From Enterobacteria phage mEp235: DNA of 37,595 nt. The stretch is taken from the sequence record NC_019708.1; one strand, given 5' to 3'. Below are positions 8,959 through 19,056 of this stretch, in pieces. A model generated the notes under the pieces. That model was not told where the DNA came from. It was given only the letters and a program-made list of their open reading frames with translations, and searched no databases. Made by a program: the position numbers and the translations under genes. The stretch's first letter is position 1; every line of letters begins with the position of its first letter.

Positions 8959-11379
8959 ATGGCTTCCAAATCACTGGGCACGCTGACGATCGACCTGATT
9001 GCCAAAGTGGGCGGTTTTGTCTCAGGCCTCTCGCAGGCTGAGCGAGCTTCACAAAAATGGCGTAAGCAGGTAAAGGAGGATGCCGCTGCCGCTGCAGCTG
9101 CCATGACCGGATTCGCAACAGCAGTCGGGGCTGCAGCCATCGGAGCCGGAGTGGCGGGGTATAACCTGCTCAAAACCACTTCACGTCAGATTACCGAATC
9201 AGACCGCTGGGCAAAGTCACTTAACATGTCCACGCAGTCCCTGTTAGCCTGGCAATATGCTGCAGAAAAAGCAGGTGTTTCCGGCGATCAGATGGCCGAT
9301 ATCTTTAAAGATGTCGGAGACAAAATCGGTGATGCCGTTCTTAATAAATCTGGTGAGGCGGTCGGTGCGCTGGACGCTCTGGGTTTGTCGGCTAAGAAAC
9401 TGGCCGGAGAATCTCCCGACAAGCAACTCCTGGCTATCAGCGACGCACTGGAGAAAGTTAAGTCCAACGCCGAGAAGACTACCATCCTGGAGAGTCTGGG
9501 TAATGACCTGTCAAAGATGCTGCCGCTCCTGGACAATGGCAGTGAAAAGCTGCGTCAGTATATGGATGCCGCGAAGAAGTTTGGTGTGGCGCCCGATGAC
9601 GCAGATATTGAAAAGCTGGTCAGAGTCAACGCCCTGTTTGAGGATATGGAGACGCAGGTCAACGGCGTCAAAATTGAACTTGCTGCAGGGCTCGCCAGCG
9701 TAGATTTGAGTGGGCTCCAGAAGTCTATTGGAGATATGGGGGATGTATTTAAAGACCCGGATGTTATTCAGGGTCTGACTGATCTGGTTGGTGGGGTAGT
9801 GGACCTTGCCACCTGGCTGGTAAGGGTAGGGGCCGAGGCCGGAAAGCTGATAGACCAGTACAAAGGTGGGAGTTCGGTCGGCCTGAATGCCTCCATTCCA
9901 GAAATTGAACGGCGCATCAAGAACCTGAATGCAGATCTCGATGATAAAGGCATACTGGCGAGTTTCAACAGAATAGGTATGGACGTATCCGGTAAGGAGG
10001 CCGAAAGGGCTGAGCTCCAGAGGCGACTGGCCTTTTTGAGAAACTCCCAATCTACTCTACCGAAAATAAAACTGCCCGAGCCAGTCAAAACAAACTATAC
10101 CCTTGGCGCCGGGGAAACAAACGGTAAGCCGCAAAAAAATACCTCTGGTCAGAAACTGGATTCAGCGTTTAAAAGCGCTGAGCGCAGTTACATGCGTCAG
10201 ATTGAGCTGATCGATACCACCGGCAAAAAAACTGCTGTGGTGACCGAGCAGCAAAAACTGCAGTTCGATATAGCTGACGGCAAGTTGCAGGGGCTTAACG
10301 AAACCCAGAAGAAACGACTTGCGTCTCTGGCTCAGGAAGTTGATCGCCTTAATGCCGTCAAAAAAGCTAATGAAGAAAACGCGAAGGTAGCGGCGTTCGT
10401 GGCAAATCTGCAGGAGCAGAACGAGAATGCACGTGCAGATTTGGGCGTGGATATTCAGGGGGCCGGACTCGGTGACAAGCAGCGTGAAAGGCTGAGGGAA
10501 AGGCTGAGTATAGAGCGCAGTTATCTCGATCAGCAGCGCGATCTGCAAAAGCAGTATCAGTCAGGAGATATCAGCCAGACAGTTTATGACCGCGAAACCC
10601 AGGCATTAAAGGATGCACAAGCTGAGAGGCTGGGCATCCAGGAGGATTATTACAGTCAAATTGATGCGCTGCAATCTGACTGGGTGACTGGCGCCAGAGA
10701 CGGTCTCGCTGACTGGGTAGATGATTCAACTAACTATGCGACGCTGGCGGCGGACGCTATGAAAAGCGCGCTTTCCGGTATCAGCAGCAATATCGTCGAC
10801 ATGCTCAACGGCAATAAAGCGAGCTGGAAAGACTGGGGTGTCAGTGTTCTGAAAATCATCGAACAGGTGATGGTTAACATGATGATCGCCAATGCAGCCA
10901 GCTCGATAGGCTCATTGTTCGGTGGTGCCGCATCGTCTTCCGCCAGCAGCGGTACTGCGATTCAGTCCTACGGGGCGAGCCTGCAATTCAACGCCAAAGG
11001 CGGCGTTTACTCTTCTGCCGATCTCAGTCAGTACAGTAACTCTGTCGTCAGCTCTCCAACACTGTTTGCCTTTGCCAAAGGGGCCGGATTGATGGGGGAG
11101 GCTGGGCCGGAGGCTATTATGCCACTGACCCGCGCCGCTGACGGATCGCTGGGCGTGCGTGCTATGGGAATCTCAGGCTTAACACCGGGTGGTAGTAGTG
11201 CTCCTCAGGTCAGTATTCAGATTGATGGCAATGGGAATACCCAGACTCAGGCTAGCGGTGGATATGAGCAATTCGGGCGGGAGGTAGGTAGTTTTGTTGA
11301 TCGGCGATACCGCGAGTTGATAGGCCGTGACCTTTCACCCGGTGGCGCGGTCTGGAATCTGGCAAAAGGAGGGCGGTGA
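8959..11379 (+). CDS. tail tape measure protein
   Basis: 806-aa ORF, long helical repeats, Ala/Gly-rich N-terminal TM-like segment, position after chaperone. Confidence 0.9.
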   Translation: MASKSLGTLTIDLIAKVGGFVSGLSQAERASQKWRKQVKEDAAAAAAAMTGFATAVGAAAIGAGVAGYNLLKTTSRQITESDRWAKSLNMSTQSLLAWQYAAEKAGVSGDQMADIFKDVGDKIGDAVLNKSGEAVGALDALGLSAKKLAGESPDKQLLAISDALEKVKSNAEKTTILESLGNDLSKMLPLLDNGSEKLRQYMDAAKKFGVAPDDADIEKLVRVNALFEDMETQVNGVKIELAAGLASVDLSGLQKSIGDMGDVFKDPDVIQGLTDLVGGVVDLATWLVRVGAEAGKLIDQYKGGSSVGLNASIPEIERRIKNLNADLDDKGILASFNRIGMDVSGKEAERAELQRRLAFLRNSQSTLPKIKLPEPVKTNYTLGAGETNGKPQKNTSGQKLDSAFKSAERSYMRQIELIDTTGKKTAVVTEQQKLQFDIADGKLQGLNETQKKRLASLAQEVDRLNAVKKANEENAKVAAFVANLQEQNENARADLGVDIQGAGLGDKQRERLRERLSIERSYLDQQRDLQKQYQSGDISQTVYDRETQALKDAQAERLGIQEDYYSQIDALQSDWVTGARDGLADWVDDSTNYATLAADAMKSALSGISSNIVDMLNGNKASWKDWGVSVLKIIEQVMVNMMIANAASSIGSLFGGAASSSASSGTAIQSYGASLQFNAKGGVYSSADLSQYSNSVVSSPTLFAFAKGAGLMGEAGPEAIMPLTRAADGSLGVRAMGISGLTPGGSSAPQVSIQIDGNGNTQTQASGGYEQFGREVGSFVDRRYRELIGRDLSPGGAVWNLAKGGR

Positions 11380-11717
11380 TGGCTATAGAAACATTCAGCT
11401 GGTGTCCGCGCCCGAACGCGGAGCAGGAAGTGACATTCCGACGGCGCACCGCGCAGTTCGGTGACGGATATCAGCAGGTTTCCGGCGACGGGATTAATCC
11501 CCGCTCGCAGAAATGGACTCTCCAGTTTACCGGTACCGAAACGTATATCGGGGCGATTAAAGACTTTCTCGATCGCCATGCGGGCGTGACGGCGTTTCAG
11601 TGGCGCCCGCCGCTTGAGCCTCTCGGGCTTTACCGCTGCGACACCTACACACCAACGCCACTTGGTGCCGGGTTATTTAATCTTTCTGCAACTTTTGAAC
11701 AGGCCTACAAACCATGA
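11379..11717 (+). CDS. minor tail protein M-like
   Basis: ~112 aa, size and position as lambda M. Confidence 0.75.
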   Translation: MAIETFSWCPRPNAEQEVTFRRRTAQFGDGYQQVSGDGINPRSQKWTLQFTGTETYIGAIKDFLDRHAGVTAFQWRPPLEPLGLYRCDTYTPTPLGAGLFNLSATFEQAYKP

Positions 11718-12469
11718 GTCTTAACGCAGATTTTCAGAAGCTCGAACCTGGCGATGTGGTCAGGCTTTTCGAAGTGGATGGCACGGCATTTGGTACAGGT
11801 GATGTGCTGCGATTTCACAGCTACAGTCTTGCGCACTCTGAAGCCGAAATTATCGCTGCTGGCGGTGATGAAAATAAACTGCCAGCAAAATCTATCTGGT
11901 GGCAGGGTGAGGAGTATAAAGCGTGGCCATGCCAGATTGAGGGGATCGAAGCTTCAACCTCGGGAAGTAGTGCCCAGCCAAAACTTTCGGTTGCTAACCT
12001 CGACAGTTCGATCACCGCGCTTTGCCTGGCTTACGACGATATGCTGCAGGCGAAGGTGACGATACATGACACCCTTGGTAAGTATCTCGATGCGAGAAAC
12101 TTCACCGGAGGCAATCCGACAGCCGATCCGACCCAGGAGAAGCTGAAGGTTTTCTACATCGATGCAAAGAGCAGTGAAACCAATGAAGTTGTTGAGTTCA
12201 CACTATCCAGCCCTATGGATCTGCAGGGGCTGATGATACCTACCCGCCAGCTTCATTCTCTGTGCACATGGTGCATCCGGAACAAGTACCGAACCGGCGA
12301 CGGCTGCGACTATGCCGGTACGCGCTATTTCGACAAAAACAACAACCAGGTAAGCGATCCGTCACTGGATGAATGCAACGGAACGCTGACGGCCTGCAAA
12401 CTTCGGTTCGGTGAAAACAACGAACTCTCGTTTGGTGGGTTCCCGGGTACGTCGCTGATCAGGAGTTGA
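11714..12469 (+). CDS. minor tail protein L-like
   Basis: 251 aa, overlaps M stop; C-terminal Cys cluster as in lambda L. Confidence 0.8.
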   Translation: MSLNADFQKLEPGDVVRLFEVDGTAFGTGDVLRFHSYSLAHSEAEIIAAGGDENKLPAKSIWWQGEEYKAWPCQIEGIEASTSGSSAQPKLSVANLDSSITALCLAYDDMLQAKVTIHDTLGKYLDARNFTGGNPTADPTQEKLKVFYIDAKSSETNEVVEFTLSSPMDLQGLMIPTRQLHSLCTWCIRNKYRTGDGCDYAGTRYFDKNNNQVSDPSLDECNGTLTACKLRFGENNELSFGGFPGTSLIRS

Positions 12470-12470
12470 T

Positions 12471-13181
12471 ATGCGTCAGAAAACCATCGATGCGATTATG
12501 GCGCATGCTGCAGCTGAATATCCTCGTGAGTGTTGCGGCGTGGTGGCGCAAAAGAGCCGGGTAGAGAAATATTTTCCATGTAGTAACCTCGCTACCGAGC
12601 CGACAGAACATTTTCACCTGTCGCCAGAAGACTATGCAGCTGCTGAGGACTGGGGTACGGTGATCGCCATCGTTCACAGTCACCCTGACGCCACTACGCA
12701 GCCGAGCGAACTGGATAAAGCGCAATGCGACGCAACGCTTTTACCCTGGCATATTGTGAGCTGGCCGGAGGGGGATTTACGCACCATCCAGCCGCGCGGA
12801 GAACTGCCACTGCTGGAGCGTCCGTTTGTGCTTGGACACTTCGACTGCTGGGGGCTGGTAATGAGCTATTTCCGGCAGACCCACGGTATCGAGCTCCACG
12901 ATTACCGGGTTGATTATCCCTGGTGGGAAAACGACTATCCGGACAACTTCTATCAGGATTGCTGGTATGAGTGCGGATTCCGGGAATTCGACGGGCCACC
13001 GAAACCCGGCGATATGGTGATCATGCAGGTCCAGGCTGATAAGTGGAACCACGCTGGAATTCTGCTGGAGGGCAATATGCTGCTGCACCACCTGTACGGA
13101 CATCTGAGCCAACGCGTGCCGTATGGTGGCTACTGGCAGGAAAGGACGATGAAGATTCTTAGACATCAGAATTTTATTTAA
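12471..13181 (+). CDS. tail assembly protein K-like (MPN/JAMM plus NlpC/P60 domains)
   Basis: 236 aa; N-terminal HSHP motif and C-terminal Cys/His region typical of lambda K. Confidence 0.8.
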   Translation: MRQKTIDAIMAHAAAEYPRECCGVVAQKSRVEKYFPCSNLATEPTEHFHLSPEDYAAAEDWGTVIAIVHSHPDATTQPSELDKAQCDATLLPWHIVSWPEGDLRTIQPRGELPLLERPFVLGHFDCWGLVMSYFRQTHGIELHDYRVDYPWWENDYPDNFYQDCWYECGFREFDGPPKPGDMVIMQVQADKWNHAGILLEGNMLLHHLYGHLSQRVPYGGYWQERTMKILRHQNFI

Positions 13182-13228
13182 CAAACTGTCACTGATACTA
13201 TCGTGTAGTACACGGCAAGGAGAACGAT

Positions 13229-13453
13229 ATGTATACAGTTGGGTTTGGTTGGATCTTCGTCGGTATTTTTATTGGGTTAATTCTCTGGTTTTTCATCAAC
13301 CGCGCCAGCGTCAGAGCGAACAGGCAGGTTGAATTACTTGAGTCTATCGACCAGAAATTATCAAAAATAGTAGATCCAAACTTCGAGGCAAATAACAAAG
13401 ACCAGTCGAAAGAAAACTACCTTGAAGAAGCAAGGAAAAAAGCTGGGCTTTGA
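13229..13453 (+). CDS. small single-pass membrane protein inserted in the tail operon
   Basis: 74 aa; hydrophobic N-terminal helix then charged tail; own SD aaggag and own terminator. Confidence 0.5.
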   Translation: MYTVGFGWIFVGIFIGLILWFFINRASVRANRQVELLESIDQKLSKIVDPNFEANNKDQSKENYLEEARKKAGL

Positions 13454-13467
13454 GAGCGTAAATTAAC

Positions 13468-13492
13468 AAACCACCTACGGGTGGTTTTTTTA
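13468..13492 (+). terminator. intrinsic terminator after the membrane-protein gene
   Basis: AAACCACC-TACG-GGTGG followed by seven T. Confidence 0.7.
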
Positions 13493-13502
13493 TGGGGGCA
13501 GC

Positions 13503-14111
13503 ATGCAAGAGGTAATGACAAGAATTGAGCTAAGTGGCGTGCTAGCTAAGACATATGGAAGGGTTCATCACCGTCTTGTTCGCACTACTGCTGAAGCCAT
13601 TAATGCACTCGCGAAAACCATCAATGGATTCGAGAAATTCTTAAACACAAGCAAAGCCCGAGGGCTGACGTATGCCGTTTATAGAGATAAAAAGAATATT
13701 GGCGTTGATGATCTCGGCTTTCCCGTCACCGGCGAAGTGATCCGGATTGTCCCTGTAGTAATAGGGAGTAAAAAGGCTGGTCTTTTGCAGACGATCTTGG
13801 GGGCCGTGCTTATTACTGCTGCTGTGTTGACTGGCCCCGGCGGTATTGGCGCTGCTTTCGCTGCTGGTGGATTGACGGGGTTTGCTGCTGCCACTGGTGC
13901 CTCGTTGGTCCTCGGTGGGGTTATTCAGCTGCTTTCACCGCAGCCATCAGGCATAGCCAGTAAACAAAGCGCAGATAACCGTGCATCGTATGCGTTTGGC
14001 GGGGTAACCAACACTGCAGCGCAAGGCTACCCGGTGCCTCTGCTTTATGGTAAGCGTCGAATCGGCGGAGCGATTATTTCTGCCGGAATTTATGTCGAAG
14101 ATCAGCAGTAG
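13503..14111 (+). CDS. tail assembly protein I-like
   Basis: 202 aa with Gly/Ala-rich hydrophobic segment as in lambda I. Confidence 0.75.
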   Translation: MQEVMTRIELSGVLAKTYGRVHHRLVRTTAEAINALAKTINGFEKFLNTSKARGLTYAVYRDKKNIGVDDLGFPVTGEVIRIVPVVIGSKKAGLLQTILGAVLITAAVLTGPGGIGAAFAAGGLTGFAAATGASLVLGGVIQLLSPQPSGIASKQSADNRASYAFGGVTNTAAQGYPVPLLYGKRRIGGAIISAGIYVEDQQ

Positions 14112-14128
14112 ATAACTAACCTTTTTTC

Positions 14129-14153
14129 TGGCCACCTTCGGGTGGCTTTTTTA
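14129..14153 (+). terminator. intrinsic terminator between I and J
   Basis: GCCACC-TTCG-GGTGGC with UUCG tetraloop followed by six T. Confidence 0.65.
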
Positions 14154-14163
14154 TGGGCGCAAT

Positions 14164-17100
14164 ATGGCTACAGATAAAGTGTTAAAAGGCCGCAAGGGCG
14201 GCAGCTCAAGTTCCCGAACTCCTACCGAACAGCCTGATGATCTGCAATCTGTAGCGAAGGCAAAAATCCTCGTTGCGCTTGGGGAAGGTGAGTTTGCAGG
14301 GCAGCTCACCGGCAAAGATATCTACCTGGACGGAACAGCGCTGGAGAATGCTGACGGCTCCCAAAACTTCAGCGGGGTAACGTGGGAGTTTCGCGCGGGA
14401 ACTCAGGCGCAAAAATATATTCAGGGTATTCCCGGTACCGAAAACGAGATCAGCGTAGGAACTGAGGTATCAAGTGCCACAGCCTGGACGCGCACGTTTA
14501 CCAATACGCAGCTTTCAGCAGTTCGCCTGCGTCTTAAATGGCCCTCGCTTTTCAAACAGGAAGACGACGGCGATCTGGTGGGTTACTCGGTCAATTATGC
14601 GATTGACCTACAGACGGACGGCGGCACATGGCAGACGGTACTCAATACCAGCGTGACCGGAAAAACGACGTCTGGTTATGAGCGCAGCCACCGTATCGAT
14701 TTACCGCAGGCTGGCAGCACCTGGACAATACGTCTGCGTAAGATTACCTCTGACGCCAACAGCGCGAAGATCGGCGACACGATGATGCTGCAGAGCTTCA
14801 CCGAGGTGATTGACGCCAAACTGCGCTACCCGAACACCGCGCTGCTCTACGTCGAATTCGACTCAAGCCAGTTCAACGGCTCTATTCCTCAAATTTCATG
14901 CGAACCGCGCGGCCGCGTTATCCGCGTTCCAGATACCTACGACCCTGAAACCCGCACTTATAGCGGTACATGGACCGGTGCGTTTAAGTGGGCATGGACG
15001 GATAACCCTGCGTGGATTTTTTACGACCTGGTTGTTTCTGACCGGTTTGGCCTCGGGCACCGTTTGACCGCTGCGAATATTGATAAATGGACTCTTTATC
15101 AGGTTGCTCAGTATTGTGATCAGATGGTACCAGACGGCAAAGGGGGCAACGGTACAGAACCACGTTATACCTGCAACGTGTACATTCAGGACCGGAACGA
15201 CGCCTACACAGTCCTGCGTGATTTTGCCGCTATCTTCCGTGGCATGACCTACTGGGGCGGGGATCAGATTGTGGCCCTGGCTGACATGCCGCGCGATGTT
15301 GATTACAGCTATACGCGCGCTAACGTTGTTGGCGGTCGCTTCACCTATTCGAGCAGCACCACGAAAAGCCGCTACACCACAGCGCTGGTTTCATGGTCAG
15401 ATCCGGGTAACGCTTATGCCGACGCAATGGAGCCGGTATTTGAGCAGGCGCTGGTGGCGCGATACGGCTTCAATCAGCTGGAAATGACAGCCATCGGCTG
15501 CACCAGGCAGTCAGAGGCGAACCGAAAGGGGCGCTGGGGTATTCTCACCAACAACAAGGATCGCGTTGTTTCGTTTGATGTCGGGCTGGACGGAAACATT
15601 CCGCAGCCGGGCTACATCATCGCCGTGGCAGACGAGCTGCTTTCCGGAAAGGTTATGGGCGGCCGCATCAGCGCCGTTAACGGTCGCGTTATCAAACTTG
15701 ACCGCGTAGCTGATGCAGCACCAGGTGATCGCCTTATTCTCAACATGCCTTCCGGAGCGTCGCAGAGCAGGACCATTCAGGCCGTGAACGGGGAATCAGT
15801 CACAGTCACCACGGCATACAGTGAGACGCCACAGGCCGAAGCTGTTTGGGTGGTTGAATCTGACGAGCTTTACGCGCAGCAGTATCGTGTTGTCAGCGTC
15901 TCCGACAACGGTGATGGCACTTTCTCAATCACCGGCGCATGGCACGACCCGGATAAATATGCCCGCATCGATACCGGAGCCATCATTGACCAGCGGCCGG
16001 TGAGCGTGATCCCGCCTGGTAACCAGTCGCCGCCTGCGAACATCGTGATCAGCTCGTTTTCCGTGGTGCAGCAAAATATCAGCGTCGAAACGATGCGCGT
16101 GAGCTGGGACCAGGCGCAGAACGCTATCGCCTATGAAGCGCAATGGCGCCGCAACGACGGGAACTGGGTTAACGTGCCGCGCACCTCCACCACGTCATTC
16201 GACGTCCCGGGGATTTATGCCGGGCGCTACCTGGTGCGGGTGCGCGCAATCAATGCCGCAGAAATTTCATCCGGATGGGGCTATTCAGAAGAGAAAACGC
16301 TGACGGGTAAAGTGGGCAATCCACCGAAGCCGGTTGGCTTTATCGCCTCTGAAAACGTGGTGTTCGGTATCGAGCTGAACTGGGGATTCCCGGCGAATAC
16401 CGACGACACGCTGAAGACGGAAATTCAGTACAGCCTGACCGGTACTGAAGACGATGCCATGCTGCTGGCCGATGTGCCTTACCCGCAGCGCAAATATCAG
16501 CAGATGGGCCTTAAGGCTGGGCAGATTTTCTGGTACCGCGCGCAGCTGGTTGACCGCAGCGGTAACGAGTCAGGTTATACCGGCTGGGTTCGTGGGCAGG
16601 CCAGTATCGATGTTTCTGACATCACAGATGTGATCCTTGAAGACATCAAAGGGGCTGAGACGTTCAAAGACCTGATCGAGAACGCTGTGGACAGCAATGA
16701 AAAAATTGCTGGCATGGCTGACGACATCAAACAGGCCAACGATGAACTTGAACTCCAGGCGCAGGAAATCGCAAAAAACGCGCAGGACATCGGGCAGGTT
16801 CAGACCAGCGTTAATGAGCTTTCTAGCACGGTCGGTGATGTGTCGTCTTCTCTCTCAGATCTTGAGCAGACTGTTGCGACTGCTGATACCGCACTGGGCC
16901 AGCGAATCGACAGCATCAGCGTATCTATGGACGGCATGACGGGCGGGGTGAAGAACTCTGCTATCGCAATTATCCAGAACGGGCTGGCACAAGTGGCTAC
17001 GCGTAAATCGTTGTCAGCTTCGGTCGCAGGGAACAGTGCGCAGCTGGATCGTATTGATGAGGTAATCGTTAACGAGAAGGAGGCAACGGCGCGTTCTCTG

Positions 17101-17715
17101 CTGAGCCTGCAGACGGATGTCAACGGCAACAAGGCATCCATAAACAGCCTGAATCAGACGTTCTCCGACTATCAGCAGGCTACGGCCACGCAGATAAACG
17201 GCATAACGGCGACGGTGAACGGGAATACCTCCGCCATCACCACTAACGCTCAGGCGATAGCCAACGTTAATGGCGACCTCAGCGCGATGTACAACATCAA
17301 GGTTGGCGTTTCCAGCAACGGTCAGTATTACGCCGCGGGGATGGGTATCGGCGTGGAGAATACGCCATCCGGCATGCAGTCGCAGGTTATCTTCCTGGCT
17401 GATCGCTTCGCCGTCACCACGGCAGCCGGTAACAGCGTGGCTTTGCCGTTTGTGATCCAGAATGGACAGACATTCATCCGGGCCAGTTTCATCCAGGACG
17501 GCACTATCAGCAACGCAAAGATTGGTAATTTTATCCAGTCGAACAATTATGTTGCTGGTTCTGCTGGCTGGAAGCTTGATAAAGGGGGGACGTTTGAGAA
17601 CTACGGTTCGACTGCTGGTGAGGGAGCCATGAAACTGACAAATCAGACGATCAGCGTCAAAGATGGCAGTAATGTTCTTAGGGTGCAGGTTGGCCGATTA
17701 ACGGGAGTATTCTGA
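14164..17715 (+). CDS. host specificity / central tail fibre protein J-like
   Basis: 1183-aa ORF, size and position as lambda J. Confidence 0.9.
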   Translation: MATDKVLKGRKGGSSSSRTPTEQPDDLQSVAKAKILVALGEGEFAGQLTGKDIYLDGTALENADGSQNFSGVTWEFRAGTQAQKYIQGIPGTENEISVGTEVSSATAWTRTFTNTQLSAVRLRLKWPSLFKQEDDGDLVGYSVNYAIDLQTDGGTWQTVLNTSVTGKTTSGYERSHRIDLPQAGSTWTIRLRKITSDANSAKIGDTMMLQSFTEVIDAKLRYPNTALLYVEFDSSQFNGSIPQISCEPRGRVIRVPDTYDPETRTYSGTWTGAFKWAWTDNPAWIFYDLVVSDRFGLGHRLTAANIDKWTLYQVAQYCDQMVPDGKGGNGTEPRYTCNVYIQDRNDAYTVLRDFAAIFRGMTYWGGDQIVALADMPRDVDYSYTRANVVGGRFTYSSSTTKSRYTTALVSWSDPGNAYADAMEPVFEQALVARYGFNQLEMTAIGCTRQSEANRKGRWGILTNNKDRVVSFDVGLDGNIPQPGYIIAVADELLSGKVMGGRISAVNGRVIKLDRVADAAPGDRLILNMPSGASQSRTIQAVNGESVTVTTAYSETPQAEAVWVVESDELYAQQYRVVSVSDNGDGTFSITGAWHDPDKYARIDTGAIIDQRPVSVIPPGNQSPPANIVISSFSVVQQNISVETMRVSWDQAQNAIAYEAQWRRNDGNWVNVPRTSTTSFDVPGIYAGRYLVRVRAINAAEISSGWGYSEEKTLTGKVGNPPKPVGFIASENVVFGIELNWGFPANTDDTLKTEIQYSLTGTEDDAMLLADVPYPQRKYQQMGLKAGQIFWYRAQLVDRSGNESGYTGWVRGQASIDVSDITDVILEDIKGAETFKDLIENAVDSNEKIAGMADDIKQANDELELQAQEIAKNAQDIGQVQTSVNELSSTVGDVSSSLSDLEQTVATADTALGQRIDSISVSMDGMTGGVKNSAIAIIQNGLAQVATRKSLSASVAGNSAQLDRIDEVIVNEKEATARSLLSLQTDVNGNKASINSLNQTFSDYQQATATQINGITATVNGNTSAITTNAQAIANVNGDLSAMYNIKVGVSSNGQYYAAGMGIGVENTPSGMQSQVIFLADRFAVTTAAGNSVALPFVIQNGQTFIRASFIQDGTISNAKIGNFIQSNNYVAGSAGWKLDKGGTFENYGSTAGEGAMKLTNQTISVKDGSNVLRVQVGRLTGVF

Positions 17716-17716
17716 A

Positions 17717-18019
17717 ATGGCTTATGGAATACAGACCTGGGATGCTTCAGGAAAACCCAACAACTATGGCATCAAACCCGTTTCCGTCGTTGGGCGAATA
17801 CAGCTGGCTGCCGGGCAAACCTCAGGCAGCTGGTCTTTTACGGTGCCCTCAGGAATGAAAGTTGGTTTTGTTCTTTCACTTGATGAAGGAGGTAACAGCG
17901 TAGGGCGGCGCATTGTCGCGTCAGGGAGCACAATAACCGTAAGCGCTGCATCTTCTGTAGGTCTGGGTAATTATCCGGCCTCAAAGTGTGAAGTGGTCGT
18001 TTTCATGGAGAAAGCATAA
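17717..18019 (+). CDS. hypothetical protein downstream of J
   Basis: 100 aa; shares a WD-x-SGK motif with the next ORF. Confidence 0.5.
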   Translation: MAYGIQTWDASGKPNNYGIKPVSVVGRIQLAAGQTSGSWSFTVPSGMKVGFVLSLDEGGNSVGRRIVASGSTITVSAASSVGLGNYPASKCEVVVFMEKA

Positions 18020-18657
18020 TGGCCGAATTTGGCGCGATGATATTAATGGACAACGGGAACCCATTTGTAACGCCCCAGTCAACGCCTTTTTGTCTTTACG
18101 GCAAGTACACTTTCAACTCCTCTGCTAATGGCAGTTCGCAGCAGGTTGCTCAGAATATTGCATTAAATGCTGACTACCCTGTGATGGTATTTATCAGGAC
18201 CACAAATACCGCCCAGCCCACGCCAGTAATATCTTACCGGAACGGCGGAAATATATATGTCGCGGGGGTTAATCCCTATAACCAGAGCTTCACGTTAACC
18301 GCATATATTTTTGCCATATTTCCCCAGACGTTACCGAAATGGGGGATGGCCATCTGGGATTCGAGCGGGAAGCTGGTACTCACTAATGAGTCCCGCGTGC
18401 TGTCAGACTTGCAGACAATCGGAACGCCTGGAGCAAACGGCGGGATTAACATTGACCAGACGCTTGATGGTTCATGGGCAGTGGCTCCATCAAGGCTGGG
18501 GCAAGTGAACAGAAACGACGCTTACTCATCTTGTAGGTATTCAGGCACAAGTACAAGAATAAACGCCGGTACAGCCGCAAATACACCTGGCGGTGCTGGA
18601 GGGGTGATAAATAATGGAATTATCCTGACAGCAATTAAAACAGACGCCTATGACTGA
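18019..18657 (+). CDS. hypothetical protein downstream of J
   Basis: 212 aa, overlapping start, Gly/Asn/Thr-rich. Confidence 0.5.
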   Translation: MAEFGAMILMDNGNPFVTPQSTPFCLYGKYTFNSSANGSSQQVAQNIALNADYPVMVFIRTTNTAQPTPVISYRNGGNIYVAGVNPYNQSFTLTAYIFAIFPQTLPKWGMAIWDSSGKLVLTNESRVLSDLQTIGTPGANGGINIDQTLDGSWAVAPSRLGQVNRNDAYSSCRYSGTSTRINAGTAANTPGGAGGVINNGIILTAIKTDAYD

Positions 18658-18764
18658 TTGTTTTGAGCGATCAATAACAAATAATTTATCTATCTAATCA
18701 ATTATACCCATCGATTATGTATTGGTATCTTCGAAGCTACTGAATACCTCTGGATACTATCAAA

Positions 18765-18998
18765 ATGAAAAGGCTAATTATCTGCATAGCGGGCGCTTTA
18801 ATGCTGTCTGGTTGCGCTGGTGTACTTGAGAAACAGAAACCGATTTGCAGCGGCACGGCATATATGGGTGGCCATGAGAATACCGTTATGATTTACGCCG
18901 TTCGAAAGCAAAACAACCAGACGCAATACCGGGCCGGATATCCCTTTAACTGGCGCTGGGTAAGTGCGAACACATTCACAAGCACGACATGTAAATAA
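18765..18998 (+). CDS. small lipoprotein, possible Cor-like superinfection exclusion protein
   Basis: 77 aa with signal peptide and lipobox LSGC; located after the J-type tail genes where cor sits in phi80/N15-type phages. Confidence 0.5.
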   Translation: MKRLIICIAGALMLSGCAGVLEKQKPICSGTAYMGGHENTVMIYAVRKQNNQTQYRAGYPFNWRWVSANTFTSTTCK

Positions 18999-19056
18999 CT
19001 CATGATTTTCAATGCAAACCTCGCCTCGGCGGGGTTTTTTATTGCCTGGAGAAAAT

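Noticed and set aside
19012-19056. Upstream extension of the tail fibre ORF (start at 19012)
   Set aside because: The extension overlaps the terminator-like hairpin and lacks an SD; ATG 19057 has SD ggag and a more typical fibre N-terminus.
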